From the human T2T-CHM13v2.0 reference genome, Homo sapiens: a DNA stretch of 64,000 nucleotides. Position numbers and translations under genes: made by a program. A model generated the notes under the pieces. The model searched no databases and was not told the origin of the DNA. It saw only the letters and a list, made by a program, of their open reading frames with translations. The stretch lies in NCBI RefSeq assembly GCF_009914755.1, contig NC_060928.1. One strand, written 5' to 3'. Of the stretch, positions 61,073 to 64,000 are shown in pieces (the first letter of the stretch is position 1; the number at the start of each line of letters is the position of its first letter).

Positions 61073-62139
61073 GTTAAGATTATAATTTTCCTGGAACTAG
61101 CCTTCAGATTGAAAAACTCCATCAAATGCTGAGCAATTATTACTTTATTCTTTCCTCTAACTCTTTTAACTTCTAACAAACTGATACTATTATTATAGAG
61201 ATGATGAGATAAAAAGCCCCAAGAGGGAAAGAAAATAGTTATTTTAAAGAAATAAGAATAAAGTTTCCATTAAATTCCTTTCTTGTAACACTGAATATTA
61301 GGAATAAAATAATATCTTTAAATTTCTGAATGATATCTGTTTAATTCAAAACTGTATTTCCACTAATACTTTAAATTTAGAAAATAAACAGATATCTTCA
61401 GTTAAAATGTAATAACAAGTCTTAATTTTTAGTTTGTTATCTTATGTTTTGGAGAGTTTTGAAAGAATTCCTTGAGATGCAAGGAAGATTTTTTAAATGA
61501 TTTCAATAAACATAGCAAACAAACCATATAAGAAACAATAGCTACAAAATTAAGTGATATTTGGAATCTAAATTACTTTGTATGCATAGTGAAATATATC
61601 AAGTTATTAATCAAAGTCTGTATTTTAATATAGTTGGTGATTACAGCATAAAGTTTAGAACTGACTAAAGTAATAATATGACCATATAGTCATAATAGTA
61701 GGAGTTATTTCTAACCTAGAAATATTTCAATAAGAAAAACACACATGCATACACATAAAAGCATACAAACATGCAAATATTGAAAGGGAAGAATTGCACC
61801 TTTTATTAAATGTACTATAGATATTGATATATAAACTCCATAAAGGCAAGGAAATGTTTTATCTACCAATATACCCTTAGAGTTTAGAAATCGCATTATA
61901 CACACTGGGCACTAAATACATGTATGTTAAGATGACCAGACAAAATGTTGTATAAATTACAGCCCTCCTATAATGTATGGAGTACATTAAATTTTAAAAA
62001 TTAAAACAGCAATTAGCTTATGAAGAAACTCTAGGAATGAAACTGATCAATGTGTAGTGACTATATTTTAAAAATTCTGACACTTTAGTTAATGTCCCAT
62101 AGACAAGGGACCTAAATTGATAATATTTAATATTCTGGA

Positions 62140-63105
62140 ATAGAAGAAGCCTTTGTAATATAAAGAAGTCAAATTTTCTCAAATTAATTTCAAACCTAAA
62201 AAAAACCGAAAAGACAAATCACAAACCATTAGAAAATACTTGAAATACATGAAATACAGTAGTAGCAGAATGTATAAAGAGCTAAATAATTGTTTTAAGT
62301 AGGTCAATGGTCACAGAAAACTTGCCAAATAAATAATGTATCTGCATACTTATATCTGTATAAGTATACAGAAAAACTCTCAAATTGAAATGTCACAAAA
62401 GAGGAAAAGTAAATTGAAATGACAATGGGCGTCACGTTTCACAACTGAGAATGGAAAAAAAAATTGATTGTTGATACTTTTTACAGGTGAAGCCACAAGA
62501 AGAAGAATTCCAGCATGAAACCTACAGGTGTGTTTATGCCAGATGTCACACACTAAGGCTGTGACATAAGTTAAGAAACAAGAAAGAAAGGCAGACATAG
62601 CATGTATGGACCAAAGGGATAGTGAGGGGCCGGATATACCTAGAACAAAGAAAACAGACAAAATTCAAAAATGTACATACCAGAAAGACACTAAAAAAGC
62701 GAACAGAATTCACTTTTTTGGCATAGAAACTTTCTTGCATGTTGCAGATAATATAGTTTAAGTACAAAGTGGAAATGTGTCACTGGAACACAGGAGAAAA
62801 TAATCTTTCTTGTCTAGATACTATCAATATGGCACCCATATACATAACAGAAGTAAAAACGGACTTAAGGCTAAAGTGGAGAATCTATGGCTGAACACAA
62901 AAAAGTATTCCGCCCAACAGAGATAATACGATAATGGAAATCTAGGGACTTGGAACTACTAAAATGAGACCAATCCCGGGATAGATCATGAAAGGTAACT
63001 CACAAAAATTATATGCTTAGGCTGAAAACGAAGAAACGTTTTGAAAATATATACGGATGTTAATGTTTTTAAGTTATAAAAAATAAATACAAATATAAAT
63101 ATGTT
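62140..63105 (+). mobile_element. Very diverged L1ME-like 3' region
   Basis: Colinear remnants ('aaaagacaaatcacaaac', 'aaaattcaaaaatgtacatacc', 'ataatggaaatcta'). The alignment is loose. Confidence 0.5.
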
Positions 63106-63639
63106 TCATGTCTGTAAATTCACTCTGTTAAAAAAATAAGAATTTCCTATCAAGGATCTGATTTAAAAAACAAAAGAAGACATAAAGGAGAAATCAGGAG
63201 AGAAAGAGACTGATTTTTCTGAGAGTAAATCTCCAATATAAATACTTGCATCAGATGAACAACAACTTGCTGGGCCAATGACATCAACGCTTAGTCTTCT
63301 CCACACCATCTGGTACTTAATACACACTGTTAACTACTGATACCACCATTTATATACATGAGAACTTAATCAGACTCTTTCCAGCTATTGTCCACACAGC
63401 TATAGTGACCAGTATTCTCTGTGGATTGGATTACCTCTATGTTTTCAGAGCAACTGGAAAGTAATTAAAGCCACTTTTTATTTTGGACTTTTGCACATCA
63501 TCAGCATAAACATTAATCTTGCTGCTGCTATTATTATATTTTAAGATTTTTAAAATCAAAGATGTATTGAAGCTATGGGAAATGTGGAGCTCTTTCACAG
63601 TAGTGTGTTGTTCTTCCCTTCTATAAAAGAAAATGAAAA

Positions 63640-63943
63640 GGTGTAGTGGCCCAAGCCTTAATCACAGCGTTTGGGAGGCCAAGGTGGGAGGATTGCTTGA
63701 GCCCAGGAGTTCAAGACCAGCCAGGGCAATATAAGGAGACCTCATGTTTACAAATATCTTAAAAATTTAGCAGGACATGGTCACACACACCTGTAGTCCC
63801 AGCTACTGGGGAGACAAAGGCATGACGGAATGCTTCAATGTGGGAAGTCAAAGCTGCAGTGAGCTGTGCATGTTACTGCACTCCAGCCAGGATGACACAG
63901 AGTGAGAACCTGCCCCCTACAAAAAAAAAAAAAAAAAAAAAAA
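63640..63943 (+). mobile_element. AluJ
   Basis: 'ggaggattgcttgagcccaggagttcaagaccag', 'gtcaaagctgcagtgagctg'. Diverged, with an A tail. Confidence 0.9.
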
Positions 63944-64000
63944 GCAACTGTGGCAAATGCAAAACTTGACAAATGGGACCTAATTAAACTAAAGAGCTTC
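63944..64000 (+). mobile_element. Start of an L1 ORF2 fragment running off the window
   Basis: 'ttgacaaatgggacctaattaaactaaagagcttc' encodes [11 protein letters not shown]. Confidence 0.85.

Overview
This is human genomic DNA, as shown by AluYb8 and AluYg6 insertions. It is AT-rich and mostly transposon-derived. The only protein-coding sequence is the first coding exon of GABRG1 (GABA-A receptor gamma-1, chr4p12 cluster) on the minus strand at 24756-24653. It encodes the signal peptide MGPLKAFLFSPFLLRSQSRGVRLVFLLLTLHLGN(C) and is too short to appear in the ORF track. Positions 1-24652 are GABRG1 intron 1; I found no exon 2 in the window. About 24.9-26.1 kb is the promoter, with twin CCAAT boxes, GC boxes and a near-perfect RFX X-box. 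The rest is upstream intergenic DNA. Repeats include a twin-primed inverted L1, a near-full-length L1PB, an old decayed ERV-L pol, an internally deleted HERV-L provirus with two MLT2A LTRs, MaLR LTRs, DNA transposons, five Alus and several micro/minisatellites. Essentially all ORFs in the track are repeat fragments or chance ORFs. I found no convincing novel biological system. The best leads are the X-box with a possible divergent spliced transcript, the functional asymmetry of the two MLT2A LTRs, a recurring set of fold-back or templated-insertion scars, and an odd CpG- and hairpin-rich segment at about 62.5-63.1 kb. Repeat names are from recall of consensus sequences, and all counts are by hand.
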